Shown piece after piece: positions 1 through 10,298 of a stretch of 64,000 nt of DNA. The position numbers were made by a program, and so were the translations under genes. How positions within the stretch are numbered: position 1 is the stretch's first letter; each line of letters begins with the position of its first letter. Origin of the DNA: Minisyncoccota bacterium. Its GTDB lineage: Bacteria > Patescibacteriota > Minisyncoccia > Phycocordibacterales > JBAYGS01. The DNA lies in assembly GCA_041666545.1 (NCBI GenBank), contig JBAYGS010000002.1, positions 106,395 to 170,394 of the forward strand, read 5' to 3'. The notes under the pieces are model-generated. The model was not told the DNA's origin. It saw only the letters and a list, made by a program, of their open reading frames with translations, and searched no databases.

Positions 1-93
1 CGTCTGGCGCGTTTGTTTATGTAAATTTTAGAAGTGCTTGCTTGTGAGGCAAGGCCTCACAAGTTATGAGATATCTGCTAGAATATAGGATAA

Positions 94-1023
94 ATGTTTA
101 ATCTGGTACTTTTAGTAATCTCTCTAGTTGTCGTAATCAAAAGCGCGGATTTTGCCATCAAGTACGCGAGCAATTTGGCTACGACCTTGCGGCTACCGAA
201 ATACACAGTCGGTTTTATCATCGTGGCCGTGATTTCAATTTTGCCTGAAACTTTCATCGGGATTAACTCGGCGATTCAGGGTGTGCCGGCGTTTGGACTT
301 GGGACGCTCTTCGGTTCGAATGTGGCTGACCTCACTTTAGTTTTTGCCATTATCATTTTTGCCGCCGGGCGGGATATCAAAGTTGGCAGTCGGATTTTGG
401 CAAACAATCGGTTTTATCCTTTTCTTCTGGCTCTGCCGATTTTAATCGGGCTCGATGGTCACTACTCGCGCAGTGAAGGTTGGTTGCTGATTGTTGCCGG
501 ACTTTTATTTTTTCTTTGGACTTTGAGACGCGGGCGAAAAGTTTCACCCTTGCCCGGCAAAGGTAAAAATCATTTTTTTAGGAATTTATTTTCTCTGATT
601 TTAAGTATGGGTGTGCTACTGTTCGGCGCATCACTCACGGTGCGTTTTGGAGTAAATTTTGCCGAGGCGATTAAAATTAATCCGGTTCTGATCGGCATGC
701 TCATTGTTGGACTCGGGACAACTCTGCCAGAATTATTTTTTTCTTTGCGTGCCACCAAAGGGAGCGGTGACAGTATGGCGCTCGGCGATGTCTTGGGTAC
801 GGTGATTTTTGATGCAACAATCGCGGTTGGTGTGATGGCGGTCATTCGGCCTTTTGATTTTCCGGTTGAGATTGTTTACATCACCGCCGCTTTCATGTTT
901 CTCTCTTCAATTTTGCTTCTCACTCTCATGCGGTCGGACCGAGTGCTCACTAAACACGAAGGTCTCATCCTTTTTCTTTTTTACATCGTTTTTGTCCTAA
1001 CCGAGTATCTATTCAGTCGATAA
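94..1023 (+). CDS. Calcium/sodium antiporter (CaCA/YrbG-like)
   Basis: Two hydrophobic repeats with alpha-repeat motifs SILPE...GSN and GTTLPE...GDVLG. Confidence 0.85.
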   Translation: MFNLVLLVISLVVVIKSADFAIKYASNLATTLRLPKYTVGFIIVAVISILPETFIGINSAIQGVPAFGLGTLFGSNVADLTLVFAIIIFAAGRDIKVGSRILANNRFYPFLLALPILIGLDGHYSRSEGWLLIVAGLLFFLWTLRRGRKVSPLPGKGKNHFFRNLFSLILSMGVLLFGASLTVRFGVNFAEAIKINPVLIGMLIVGLGTTLPELFFSLRATKGSGDSMALGDVLGTVIFDATIAVGVMAVIRPFDFPVEIVYITAAFMFLSSILLLTLMRSDRVLTKHEGLILFLFYIVFVLTEYLFSR

Positions 1024-1200
1024 ATAAGTAAATTTGCAAATTATATATCTCTAATTCGCGCGAATGGTTCCATAGATTGGTTTAGGTTGGTAAACATTAA
1101 AGTTTTATGGTCTGGCTGCCCTCGAATTTCAAGAGGTGTATAATATTGAGTGAATTCCTGTCATTAGTTGTCGGTTATTAGTCATAAGTTGCTCTAAATT

Positions 1201-1713
1201 ATGCTCGAACTTGAAAAAACCTATTTAATCAAGTATTTGCCGGCTGATTTTGCCCAAGCTCCAACGAAGGAGGTTATTGATATCTACTATCCTATTTCCG
1301 CCAAACATGCGGTCTTGCGTTTGAGGAAGAGCGGTTCCGAGTACGAAATGACCAAAAAGACCGATACCGGGGCGGATAAATCGCAGAAACTGGAGACAAC
1401 CATTCCTTTAGATCAGGCCGAATACGAGGCGATTGCCCAAGCGCCCGGCAAAAAAGTCAGAAAGATTAGATACTATTATCCTTACGAGGGACTCACTGCC
1501 GAGGTTGATGTGTTTCAGGATGAGCTTGCGGGTTTGATCGAAGTTGATTTTGAGTTTGAGACTGCGACCGAGCTCAAAAAATTCGCTATGCCGGACTTTT
1601 GTCTGGTCGAGGTGACTGATGAAGATTTTCTCGCTGGCGGGATGCTTTGCGGGAAAAGCTATCGAGATATTGAAAAGGAACTCGGAAGGCTGAAGTACAA
1701 GAAAATTGTATAA
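1201..1713 (+). CDS. CYTH-domain (triphosphate tunnel) protein
   Basis: N-terminal ELEKTY (ExExK), LRLRK, KIRY, EVDFE motifs. Confidence 0.8.
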   Translation: MLELEKTYLIKYLPADFAQAPTKEVIDIYYPISAKHAVLRLRKSGSEYEMTKKTDTGADKSQKLETTIPLDQAEYEAIAQAPGKKVRKIRYYYPYEGLTAEVDVFQDELAGLIEVDFEFETATELKKFAMPDFCLVEVTDEDFLAGGMLCGKSYRDIEKELGRLKYKKIV

Positions 1714-1835
1714 GGTATTAAGTATAGGTATGGGGAGAAGGAGAAGGTATAAGGTAGATAGTATATGGTATATGGTATGAAGAGAAGAAAGATGGTAATA
1801 AATTAAAAAAGAAAAGAGAAATAAGAAAAGAAAAA

Positions 1836-2246
1836 ATGGGGAAGGATTTTAAAAAAACTGAAGAAGATTTAAAGAAAGAATTACCGGTCGACTTGTATCG
1901 AGTGGCACGCGAGAAGGGAACCGAGCTGCCTTTCACTGGAAAACTTTTGCACAACAGAGAAAAAGGATTTTACACTTGCGCGGTTTGTGGTGCGAAACTT
2001 TTTTCTTCGGATGCGAAATTTGACTCCGGCACGGGTTGGCCAAGTTTTGACCAGCCGATGAATTTAAAAAATGTTGAACTAAGAGAAGATGAAAGTGATG
2101 GCATGTCACGCACTGAAGTAATTTGTAAAAAATGCGGTTCACATCTTGGTCATGTTTTTAATGACGGCCCGACTAAAACCGGCGAGAGGTACTGCATCAA
2201 CTCGGTTTGTCTTGGTTTTGAGAAAGATAATCAGGAAAAAATATGA
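1836..2246 (+). CDS. msrB: Peptide-methionine (R)-S-oxide reductase
   Basis: GTE.PF, CxxC pairs, [23 protein letters not shown]. Confidence 0.97.
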   Translation: MGKDFKKTEEDLKKELPVDLYRVAREKGTELPFTGKLLHNREKGFYTCAVCGAKLFSSDAKFDSGTGWPSFDQPMNLKNVELREDESDGMSRTEVICKKCGSHLGHVFNDGPTKTGERYCINSVCLGFEKDNQEKI

Positions 2247-2749
2247 ATGGTAGAAGTGAAGCAATAAGAAGATTGATTTTGTTGATAGCCCTCGTGGCTT
2301 TTCTGGTGCTTTCTGGGCTGGCTCTCAAAAAAAGCTTATTTGATAACGCCAAAGAGACGGCCAGTCAGATTTATGAACGCACCGGTGGGGTTTTAGGTGA
2401 GCCGAAAAGTGGCGCCGAGACCATCAATGTTCTGATTGCCGATGATGACGCCAAGAGAACCTTAGGTCTGGGTGGTCGCAAGTCTTTGCCGGATGACTCG
2501 GTGATGCTTTTTATTTTTCCCAAACCGGATTCGTACGGGATTTGGATGAAAGATATGAAATTTCCGATTGATATTTTTTGGTTAGATGAAAATTTTTCTG
2601 TAATTGATGAAAAAATCAATGTCGCGACTTCAACCTATCCGGAAATTTTCTATCCAAACTCAAAAGCGAGCTTCGTGCTTGAAGGAAATGCCGGTTTTGC
2701 CGAAAAACGGGGGATTCGAGTTGGTAGTGTTCTGAAATTTTTGAAATAG
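2243..2749 (+). CDS. DUF192-family protein with N-terminal membrane anchor
   Basis: GL.GR, MLFIF, WMKDM.FPIDI, VLE.NAG motifs. Confidence 0.85.
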   Translation: MNGRSEAIRRLILLIALVAFLVLSGLALKKSLFDNAKETASQIYERTGGVLGEPKSGAETINVLIADDDAKRTLGLGGRKSLPDDSVMLFIFPKPDSYGIWMKDMKFPIDIFWLDENFSVIDEKINVATSTYPEIFYPNSKASFVLEGNAGFAEKRGIRVGSVLKFLK

Positions 2750-2933
2750 GTGGTCTAAATTTTTAAGTGGCTGCTCGTTTCTCTGGCTGTGCCGTTTACA
2801 GTCGGTTTTTTTTGTTTCGTGGGCGAAAAAAGGTTGTTATCCACTGTTTTTTTCTTTGAAATTTGAGCTACAATATTGATACAAAATTATTATCAAAGTT
2901 TTAGGTCGCTCTAAAAAAATTTCTTAAGCTCAC

Positions 2934-5216
2934 ATGCCAAAAGACAAAAAAGATTCGAGCAAAGAGGTCGTCTTTATCAAAACAATTCAGAAGCGCGACG
3001 GTTCCGTCGTGCCTTTCGAGCTGATTCGCCTTGTCACCGCCATTCATAAAGCGATGTTAGCTTCTGGTGAGGGTTCCGAGAAGGAAGCCGAACTCGTGGC
3101 CAACAAAGTTTTTGCTGATTTGGTGCGAATCGCCAGAAAGCACAAGACTTTTCAGCCGACCGTTGAAGGTGTTCAGAACACAGTCGAGACCGAACTGATG
3201 CTTTCGGAGTATGTAAAGACTGCCAAGGCCTACATTCTGTACCGAGACAAGCGCGCCAAACTCCGCGAAAAAGGTTTTCAGGTTCCAGCTAAAGTTAAAA
3301 AGTTGGCCGAGGAGAGTCAGAACTATTTCCACAACCCTTTGGCCGAGTTTGTTTACTACCGATCATACTCGCGTTGGATTGACGCTGAAGGGCGACGCGA
3401 AACTTGGATTGAAACTGTTGACCGCTACCTGGCCTTCATGAAGGAAAATGTTGGCAAGAAATTTAAGGACAGCGAATACAAAGAGTTGCGCGAAGCAATT
3501 TTGAATCAAGAGGCGATGCCGTCGATGCGACTGCTTCAGTTTGCCGGTAATGCGGCGCGAGTTTCGAATGTTGCCGCTTACAACTGTTCTTTCATCGCTC
3601 CTTCTAAGATTGAAGACTTCGCCGAGATTATGTATATCTCGATGTGTGGAACTGGTGTCGGTTTTTCTGTCGAGAGTCAGAATATTCAAGCTTTGCCACA
3701 AATTAAAATGCAGACCGGCAAGATGAATAAAATTTTAACTATTTCTGATGACAAAGAGGGTTGGGCCGATGCGCTTACTGCCGGACTCAGAGCTTGGTTT
3801 AACGGTGAAGATATTGCCTTTGATTATTCTCAAATCCGACCGGCTGGCGAAAGATTGAAGACGATGGGTGGCCGAGCCTCCGGACCGGAACCGTTGCGAG
3901 CACTTCTGGATTTTTCTCGCGAGAAGATTATGCGCAAGCAGGGCCGACGACTTTCCAACATCGATGCTCATGACATTATCTGCAAGATTGGCGATTGCGT
4001 GGTAGCCGGCGGAGTAAGACGAAGCGCTCTGATCTCGCTCTCTGACTTGGATGATGAATTGATGCGGGATTCTAAAAAGGGCCAATTCTATCTGACTGAA
4101 CCACAAAGAAGCATCGCCAACAACTCGGCCGTTTATACTCATAAGCCGACCAACCCGGAATTTCTTTCTGAATGGGTGGCGCTCATGACTTCCGGCTCCG
4201 GCGAACGAGGTATCTTTAACCGAGGCGGTCTGGCTAAGACCCTGCCGGAAAGGCGAATTAAGGCCTTAAAGGGCTATTTGGGCGGCCTTGGCACCAATCC
4301 TTGCGGTGAAATTATTCTCCAAAGTAAGCAATTCTGTAATCTTTCCGAAGTTGTGGCCCGCTCTACCGATACCGAGGCGACTTTGATGAAGAAGGTGCGA
4401 TTGGCAACAATGCTTGGCACCTATCAATCGACTTTGACCAACTTTAAGTATCTTTCAAGTGAATGGAAAGAGCACTGCGAAGCGGAGAGATTGCTCGGTG
4501 TCTCGATTACCGGCCAATGGGATTCCAAGGCGGCTCGTGACCCGAAGATTTTGGAGAAACTGCGCAAGGAGACCATTCGGGTCAATCAGATTTTTGCCAA
4601 GCGCTTTGGTGTCAATGCTTCGACCTGTATCACTTGCGTTAAACCTTCCGGCACACTTTCTCAATTGGTAGACTCTTCTTCGGGTATGCACCCGCGACAT
4701 GCTCCTTACTACATTCGCCGAATTCGAATTTCTGCCACCGACTCGCTCTTTAAGATGATGAAGGACCAGGGCATGCCTTTCTATCCGGAAGTCGGCCAAA
4801 ATCTTGAGAATGCCACGACTTATGTCTTCGAGTTCCCGGTCAAAGCTCCTGAAGGTTCGATTTATAAAGATGACCTCACTGCGCTTCAGCAGCTGGAGCA
4901 TTGGAAGGTTGTGAAGACCAAGTACACCGAGCACAATCCGTCAGTCACGATTTCAGTTGGCGATGATGAGTGGATTGCCGTAGCCAACTGGCTCTATCAA
5001 AATTGGGAAATTATCGGTGGCTTGTCCTTCTTGCCCCGCGACAACCATGTCTACCGTTTGGCCCCGTACGAGACGATTGACGAGAAACGCTACCATGAAA
5101 TGCTCGCCAAGATGCCAAAGATTGACTTCTCAAAAATTATGACTTATGAAAAGCATGATGAGACGGAGGTGAAAAAAGAATTGGCATGCGTAGCAGGAGT
5201 GTGTGAGATAGTCTAG
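2934..5216 (+). CDS. nrdJ: Class II (B12-dependent) ribonucleotide reductase with N-terminal ATP cone
   Basis: IQKRDG ATP cone, PSMR, YNC, TNPCGEI, KPSGT, C-terminal CVAGVC. Confidence 0.93.
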   Translation: MPKDKKDSSKEVVFIKTIQKRDGSVVPFELIRLVTAIHKAMLASGEGSEKEAELVANKVFADLVRIARKHKTFQPTVEGVQNTVETELMLSEYVKTAKAYILYRDKRAKLREKGFQVPAKVKKLAEESQNYFHNPLAEFVYYRSYSRWIDAEGRRETWIETVDRYLAFMKENVGKKFKDSEYKELREAILNQEAMPSMRLLQFAGNAARVSNVAAYNCSFIAPSKIEDFAEIMYISMCGTGVGFSVESQNIQALPQIKMQTGKMNKILTISDDKEGWADALTAGLRAWFNGEDIAFDYSQIRPAGERLKTMGGRASGPEPLRALLDFSREKIMRKQGRRLSNIDAHDIICKIGDCVVAGGVRRSALISLSDLDDELMRDSKKGQFYLTEPQRSIANNSAVYTHKPTNPEFLSEWVALMTSGSGERGIFNRGGLAKTLPERRIKALKGYLGGLGTNPCGEIILQSKQFCNLSEVVARSTDTEATLMKKVRLATMLGTYQSTLTNFKYLSSEWKEHCEAERLLGVSITGQWDSKAARDPKILEKLRKETIRVNQIFAKRFGVNASTCITCVKPSGTLSQLVDSSSGMHPRHAPYYIRRIRISATDSLFKMMKDQGMPFYPEVGQNLENATTYVFEFPVKAPEGSIYKDDLTALQQLEHWKVVKTKYTEHNPSVTISVGDDEWIAVANWLYQNWEIIGGLSFLPRDNHVYRLAPYETIDEKRYHEMLAKMPKIDFSKIMTYEKHDETEVKKELACVAGVCEIV

Positions 5217-5257
5217 GAAGGTATAAAGTATTAGGTATATAGTATATGGTATAAAAA

Positions 5258-5284
5258 ACGGCGACCACTCTGTGGTCGCCGTTT
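5258..5284. terminator. Hairpin terminator between convergent genes
   Basis: acggcgaccac-tct-gtggtcgccgt flanked by A and T runs. Confidence 0.7.
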
Positions 5285-5302
5285 GGCGTTTTGTCAGAAG
5301 AC

Positions 5303-5701
5303 TCAAGCGACTTTCTCGGGCAGTCGGAGTCCTTTGACCTTGTCTGGGTCAAGTTTGCTGCTATTGGGCGGAAAGAGGATGACGGTTTCGCCGGTTATTG
5401 AGGAGTTGAGGCAAAGCCGGTGATCGCCATCGATATGACCGCTCGGGCCGATATCGCTTACCGTGTAGATTTCAAGACTTGCGGAGTAGTCAAGGTCCTC
5501 CGGGGCGTTGACCCAACTTTTCGGAAGCGGGGGAAATCCTTCACCTTTAGCGAGCCAAGCAAACCTTACATGGAGCTCGTTGGCACTCTCTTCCACTGTA
5601 GCGGTCTGGATTTCACCTCGATATAAATAACCCTCGCTTGGGTTTTGAATTTCCATTTGGCCGCCAATAAAGCGGGCTACGGTCTGGGTTGTCAATCGCA
5701 T
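5303..5701 (-). CDS. Hypothetical protein
   Basis: 132 aa ORF with upstream TTGACT-17-TAAGAC promoter-like sequence. Confidence 0.65.
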   Translation of the reverse strand: MRLTTQTVARFIGGQMEIQNPSEGYLYRGEIQTATVEESANELHVRFAWLAKGEGFPPLPKSWVNAPEDLDYSASLEIYTVSDIGPSGHIDGDHRLCLNSSITGETVILFPPNSSKLDPDKVKGLRLPEKVA

Positions 5702-5824
5702 AAGGACCTTTCAGGTTGTATCCGTCTCATTTGGATGGGTCTGTACTTGTCTTACCATAAAGTGTCATGCGAGTCAAATGTTTGGATTTGCAAAGGAGAC
5801 TAAATTGTGCTATACTACAAGGCA

Positions 5825-6277
5825 GATTCGCGTCGGATAGTTGCGCCAGTTTTGTAAAAAATTGGTGAGGAAAGTCCGAACACTTACGCTCCCGCAAGGG
5901 AAGTTAAAATGGTAGCAGCTCCGACGCCCGAAAGGGTACGGAGTCCCGACCGCCGTAAGGCGCGTCGGGGGTAATGCCTGTCTGGAGTAATCCACGAGGT
6001 GCGAACAGAGACGCCGCAGACGAAAGAAAGCGGCATCCAAAAGTCGCAAGATTTTTGGATGAGTCTCGATGGTGACATCGAGGGTGCAACGGCCAAACCC
6101 TTACCCAAGTGCAAGATCGCACCGCGCGAAGCGCGGAGATTTCGATATTTCGATATATCGATATTTCCGCGCTTCGCGCGGGGAATCGCTCGAGCCTAAA
6201 AGCGATTTTAGGCCTAGATAAATAACTATTCATCAATCGCAAGATTGAGGACAGAATTCGGCTTATAGACGCGAATC
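5825..6277 (+). ncRNA. rnpB: RNase P RNA
   Basis: GAGGAAAGTCC and ACAGAATTCGGCTTA conserved regions; P1 gattcgcgtc/gacgcgaatc; upstream TGcTATACT; downstream terminator. Confidence 0.96.
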
Positions 6278-6285
6278 AACAAAGT

Positions 6286-6321
6286 CAAAATCCTCCGCCC
6301 AAAGCGGAGGATTTTGCTTTT
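6286..6321 (+). terminator. rnpB intrinsic terminator
   Basis: caaaatcctccgc-ccaaa-gcggaggattttg followed by T tract. Confidence 0.8.
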
Positions 6322-6350
6322 GTGGTTTTTTAAATGTTCTCTCGTGCTCC

Positions 6351-6419
6351 TATTCGTGTGCCCTATTCGTAAGGGTTCTTAACTGTCTTTATATTCGTAT
6401 GCCCTATTCGTAAGGGTTC
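6351..6419 (+). repeat. Two copies of dispersed 28-bp repeat TATTCGTGTGCCCTATTCGTAAGGGTTC
   Basis: Also at 63169-63236 (two copies) and inverted at 45630-45657 and 25420-25446. Confidence 0.85.
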
Positions 6420-6481
6420 CTAACTTGTTTTATGCCCCGTATCTAATATAATTAAGCCATTATTGATAAGTTTTGAGGCCC

Positions 6482-8557
6482 ATGACAACTATAAAAATTA
6501 ATACTCCTGGCTCGACTCCGGTAGCGAGCTCGAGTCGTCCTCTACCTTCGCCGAAGTCTTCATTTTTGGAGAAGATTTCTTATCTTCTGATTATTGCCGC
6601 TTCGGTTTTGAGTTTGTTGGTCCTAGCACCTCTGCCTTTTGTCTCCCAAAACTCTCTTAAGGTTAGTCTGGTCGCTTGGCTAGTTGCCCTGGCTTTTTGT
6701 CTTTGGATTGTCGCCAGACTCAAAGATGGCGTGTTGGTGACTTTCAAGCACCCGATTTTCTGGGCCTTCGGGGTTTTGGCGCTGGTCTATCTGGTCTCTA
6801 CTTTCGCCTCGTCGGCCTTCCTAACTTCTTTTATCGGATTGGGGAATGAAACCGAAACTTTTGCTTTCGTTTTGATTCTTATAATTCTCTCGATGCTCAC
6901 CGCCTTTTTGTTCCGTCGACCAGAGCGCATGTTTTACTTTTACGGCTCGATTTTCACCGTTTTTATTTTGGTATCTATTTTCCAATTTATCCGTTTGGCG
7001 GAAATTGTTTTCAACTTCAGTTTAATTAAGCTGTCTTTCCTTAGTACCATTACCGTAAATACCATCGGCTCATGGTTCGACTTCGGAGTCTTCTTTGGTT
7101 TGGTGGCGGTAGTCTTGCTCTCAACTATCGAAATGTTTAAGCTAAAACACTTCGCTAAGATTTTGGTAGCACTCGCCATCTTAGTCGCCTTGTTCTTCTT
7201 GGCCCTGGTTGATTTCGCTTTAGTTTGGTGGTGCATCGGTATTTTTGCCTTAATGCTTCTGGTTTACAGCATTTCCTTTGGTGGCGGAGCGCTCTCGTTT
7301 CGATCGTCTGAAGCCACGCCTCTCGGGGCCGAGGTGGCTACGGTCAAGACTCCGAAGATAAGCTTGCCGAGGCGGATTCCGATTATCCCGCTTTTGGTAA
7401 TGGTGATAACCTTGGTTTTTATTATTGGCGGCAAGCCGATTGCCGGCGCCTTGGCCGATCGTTTCAGTATTAAAAGTCTGGATGTTAGGCCAACGATGAT
7501 GGCTACTTTGTCACTTGCCAAGTCCAGTGCAGGAGCCAGCCAATTTTTCGGTGTCGGTCCAAACCGATTTTTCTCAGCCTGGGTTTTGAACAAGCCGGCT
7601 GAAGTCAATCAGACTGCTTTTTGGAATAGCGACTTTAATTCTGGCTACGGCTTGATCCCGACTGCCATGGTGACGGTTGGCGCTATCGGTACTTTGGCTT
7701 GGCTGTTCTTCTTGCTGGTCTTTGTTTATCTCGGTTATTCGGTTTTGAGTTTACCAATTGGTAATCAACTTAATCGCTATCTCACGGTTTCGTCATTTTT
7801 CGGTTCGCTTTACTTGCTGGTGATCTTGATTGCTTACACACCGGGGGTTTCGATTGTGACTTTGGCCTTTATCTTCTTCGGTCTGTTTGTTGCCTCAGCC
7901 TCGCGTGAGGGCGCAATCTCGATTGGTGCAGTCTCTTTGGTGGAGAAGCCGAAATCGAGCTTTGCTTATGTCTTTGTTTTGGTTTTGGTTTTTATCGCCA
8001 CGATCGCTTTGGGCTATCTTTATGCCGAACGATTTGCTTCCTCGATTTATTTCAATCAGGGTATCACGGCCTTTGGTGGCGGAGACTTTGATCAAGCTGA
8101 AAGTGGAGTCGCTAAAGCGGTGGCCTTGAGCCGAAACGATCTTTACTACCGATCGCTGGCCGATGTTTATTTGGGCAAAATGAATAATTTGGTGTCTGGC
8201 AAAAAAGTCACCGGTGAAGAGTTGAGGACACGATTCCAAGCTCTGCTGGGCCAGGCGGAGGCCGTGGCGCTTGAGGCGGTGAAGCTTGACCAGGGTAATT
8301 ATCAAAACTGGCTGTATTTGGGAAGAATTTATGAGACGATTATGCCGACCAATATTGCGAATGCTTATGAGAATGCCAAGTCTGCTTACAATCAAGCTTT
8401 GACCCTAAATCCGAATAGTCCGATGGTCATGGCCTTCCTGGGTCGCCTTGAACTTGGTCGTGGCAATCGCTCCGAGGCCAGAGATTTTCTTAACAAAGCT
8501 CTTCTGGCCAAGCCGGATTACTCTGACGCGCAATCGCTGTTAAATCAGTTAAGATAG
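6482..8557 (+). CDS. Multi-pass membrane protein (O-antigen ligase-like) with C-terminal TPRs
   Basis: Many TM segments, FGVGPNRF motif, TPR-like C-terminus; start moved to ATG 6482. Confidence 0.65.
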   Translation: MTTIKINTPGSTPVASSSRPLPSPKSSFLEKISYLLIIAASVLSLLVLAPLPFVSQNSLKVSLVAWLVALAFCLWIVARLKDGVLVTFKHPIFWAFGVLALVYLVSTFASSAFLTSFIGLGNETETFAFVLILIILSMLTAFLFRRPERMFYFYGSIFTVFILVSIFQFIRLAEIVFNFSLIKLSFLSTITVNTIGSWFDFGVFFGLVAVVLLSTIEMFKLKHFAKILVALAILVALFFLALVDFALVWWCIGIFALMLLVYSISFGGGALSFRSSEATPLGAEVATVKTPKISLPRRIPIIPLLVMVITLVFIIGGKPIAGALADRFSIKSLDVRPTMMATLSLAKSSAGASQFFGVGPNRFFSAWVLNKPAEVNQTAFWNSDFNSGYGLIPTAMVTVGAIGTLAWLFFLLVFVYLGYSVLSLPIGNQLNRYLTVSSFFGSLYLLVILIAYTPGVSIVTLAFIFFGLFVASASREGAISIGAVSLVEKPKSSFAYVFVLVLVFIATIALGYLYAERFASSIYFNQGITAFGGGDFDQAESGVAKAVALSRNDLYYRSLADVYLGKMNNLVSGKKVTGEELRTRFQALLGQAEAVALEAVKLDQGNYQNWLYLGRIYETIMPTNIANAYENAKSAYNQALTLNPNSPMVMAFLGRLELGRGNRSEARDFLNKALLAKPDYSDAQSLLNQLR

Positions 8558-8582
8558 GTGAGGGGGTAACCTAGGGACTGTA

Positions 8583-10259
8583 ATGGTTAAAAAACTGTTT
8601 AGCTTCATAAATCGGGAGATCAACGGTCTTCACGAGGCAGCCTACTTGTTGGGCTTTTTTGCCTTGCTCTCACAGGTCTTGGCTTTGTTTCGAGACCGTC
8701 TTTTGGCCAATTATTTCGGGGCTACCAGTTCGCTTGATGTTTATTATGCCGCTTTCCGGGTGCCGGATTTAATTTTCGCTTCGGTGGCCTCGCTGGTTTC
8801 CATTTCTGTTTTGATTCCATTTTTGGTCGAGCGTCTGGATAAAAGCAAGGAGGAGGGTAAAGAATTCATCAGCGAAGTTTTCACAATTTTTCTTTTCGTT
8901 ATTTTGGTCGTAGTGGCGCTGGCTTTTGTCTTGATGCCAGAGCTGATGTCTTGGTTTTTTCCGACTTTAAGTGTCAACCACCCCGAGTTGGTTTTGATGG
9001 CTCGAATCATGCTTCTGTCGCCACTTTTTCTCGGCTTTTCAAACTTTTTTGCGAGCATCACCCAGGTTTACAACCGATTTTTCATCTACGCCATCAGTCC
9101 GCTTTTATACAACCTTGGGATAATCTTTGGCATTGTCGTCTTACGGCCGATTTTTGGTCTGGCGGGCCTAGCCTATGGGGTGGCAATCGGCGCCGTCATG
9201 CATATGGCGATTCAGTTGCCTTTTGTCATTAAGCAGGGGATGTTTCCGATATTAAAACTTAAGATTGCTTTCAGTTCGGTTCGGCGAGTGGTGCTTCTGT
9301 CTCTACCTCGAACCATTACCGCCTCCTCAAACGAAATTGCCGAGTTTTTCTTGATTGCCATTGCTTCGACTTTGGCTTTCGGTTCGGTTTCGGTGTTTAA
9401 TCTGTCATTTAATTTGCAATCGGTCTCGCTTTCGATTATCGGTGTCAGTTACTCCTTGGCGGCCTTTCCGGTTTTGACCCGTCATTTCACCTCCGGTCGG
9501 CGTGCCGAGTTTATTGCTCAGATGATTGACTCGGCCAGGCACATTATTTTTTGGTCAGTACCGCTTTCAATTTTGTTCATTGTTTTGCGGGCCCAAATTG
9601 TCCGAACAATTTTAGGTTCCGGTCATTTTAACTGGTCTGATACGCGGCTCACGGCTGCTGCACTTGCAATTTTTTCAGTTTCTCTAGTCTGCCAAAATTT
9701 GCTTCTGCTTTTCGTACGGTCATATTATTCAAGAGGTCACACCAAGCGACCTTTGGTGATTAACGCCATCTCGGCAATTTTGATGGTGGTTTTGGGCTAC
9801 GGTCTGACACAGTTCTTCGCTTCTCATCAAATGTTTGCCGACTTTGTCGCGAGTTTGCTTCGAGTTTCCGACATCTCCGGCACAGTGGCCTTGATGTTGC
9901 CTTTGGCCTTCTCGATTGGGGCGATTGTGAATCTGGTTATTCATTGGCTGGATTTCTCAAAAGAGTATCGAGAGTTTTCAGCGCCGGTTTTGATCGTCCT
10001 TTATCAAACCTTTGCTTCGGCGGTGCTGATGGGCGGGGTAGCATATCTCTTGCTCGGGGTTTTCTCGCGAATTTTTGATCTTAATACGGTTTTCGGGGTA
10101 TTTTTGCAAGGTTTCGGAGCGGGCTTGGGTGGAATACTTACTTATGTCATAATCCTCAGACTGCTTAAAAGTCGAGAGCTTGGTGAAGTGTGGCGGACTT
10201 TGCACCACAAGATTTGGAAGACTAAATTGGTTAGTCTCGAGCAACCGGAGCTTAGTTAG
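8583..10259 (+). CDS. murJ: Lipid II flippase MurJ/MviN
   Basis: RDRLLA..FG, D.YYAAFR.PD, LYNLGII motifs. Confidence 0.9.
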   Translation: MVKKLFSFINREINGLHEAAYLLGFFALLSQVLALFRDRLLANYFGATSSLDVYYAAFRVPDLIFASVASLVSISVLIPFLVERLDKSKEEGKEFISEVFTIFLFVILVVVALAFVLMPELMSWFFPTLSVNHPELVLMARIMLLSPLFLGFSNFFASITQVYNRFFIYAISPLLYNLGIIFGIVVLRPIFGLAGLAYGVAIGAVMHMAIQLPFVIKQGMFPILKLKIAFSSVRRVVLLSLPRTITASSNEIAEFFLIAIASTLAFGSVSVFNLSFNLQSVSLSIIGVSYSLAAFPVLTRHFTSGRRAEFIAQMIDSARHIIFWSVPLSILFIVLRAQIVRTILGSGHFNWSDTRLTAAALAIFSVSLVCQNLLLLFVRSYYSRGHTKRPLVINAISAILMVVLGYGLTQFFASHQMFADFVASLLRVSDISGTVALMLPLAFSIGAIVNLVIHWLDFSKEYREFSAPVLIVLYQTFASAVLMGGVAYLLLGVFSRIFDLNTVFGVFLQGFGAGLGGILTYVIILRLLKSRELGEVWRTLHHKIWKTKLVSLEQPELS

Positions 10260-10298
10260 GGCAGATTCGGCAATTGATGTAATTTGTGAATTGTTGTC

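Noticed and set aside
5810-6242. Several short ORFs
   Set aside because: They overlap the RNase P RNA gene
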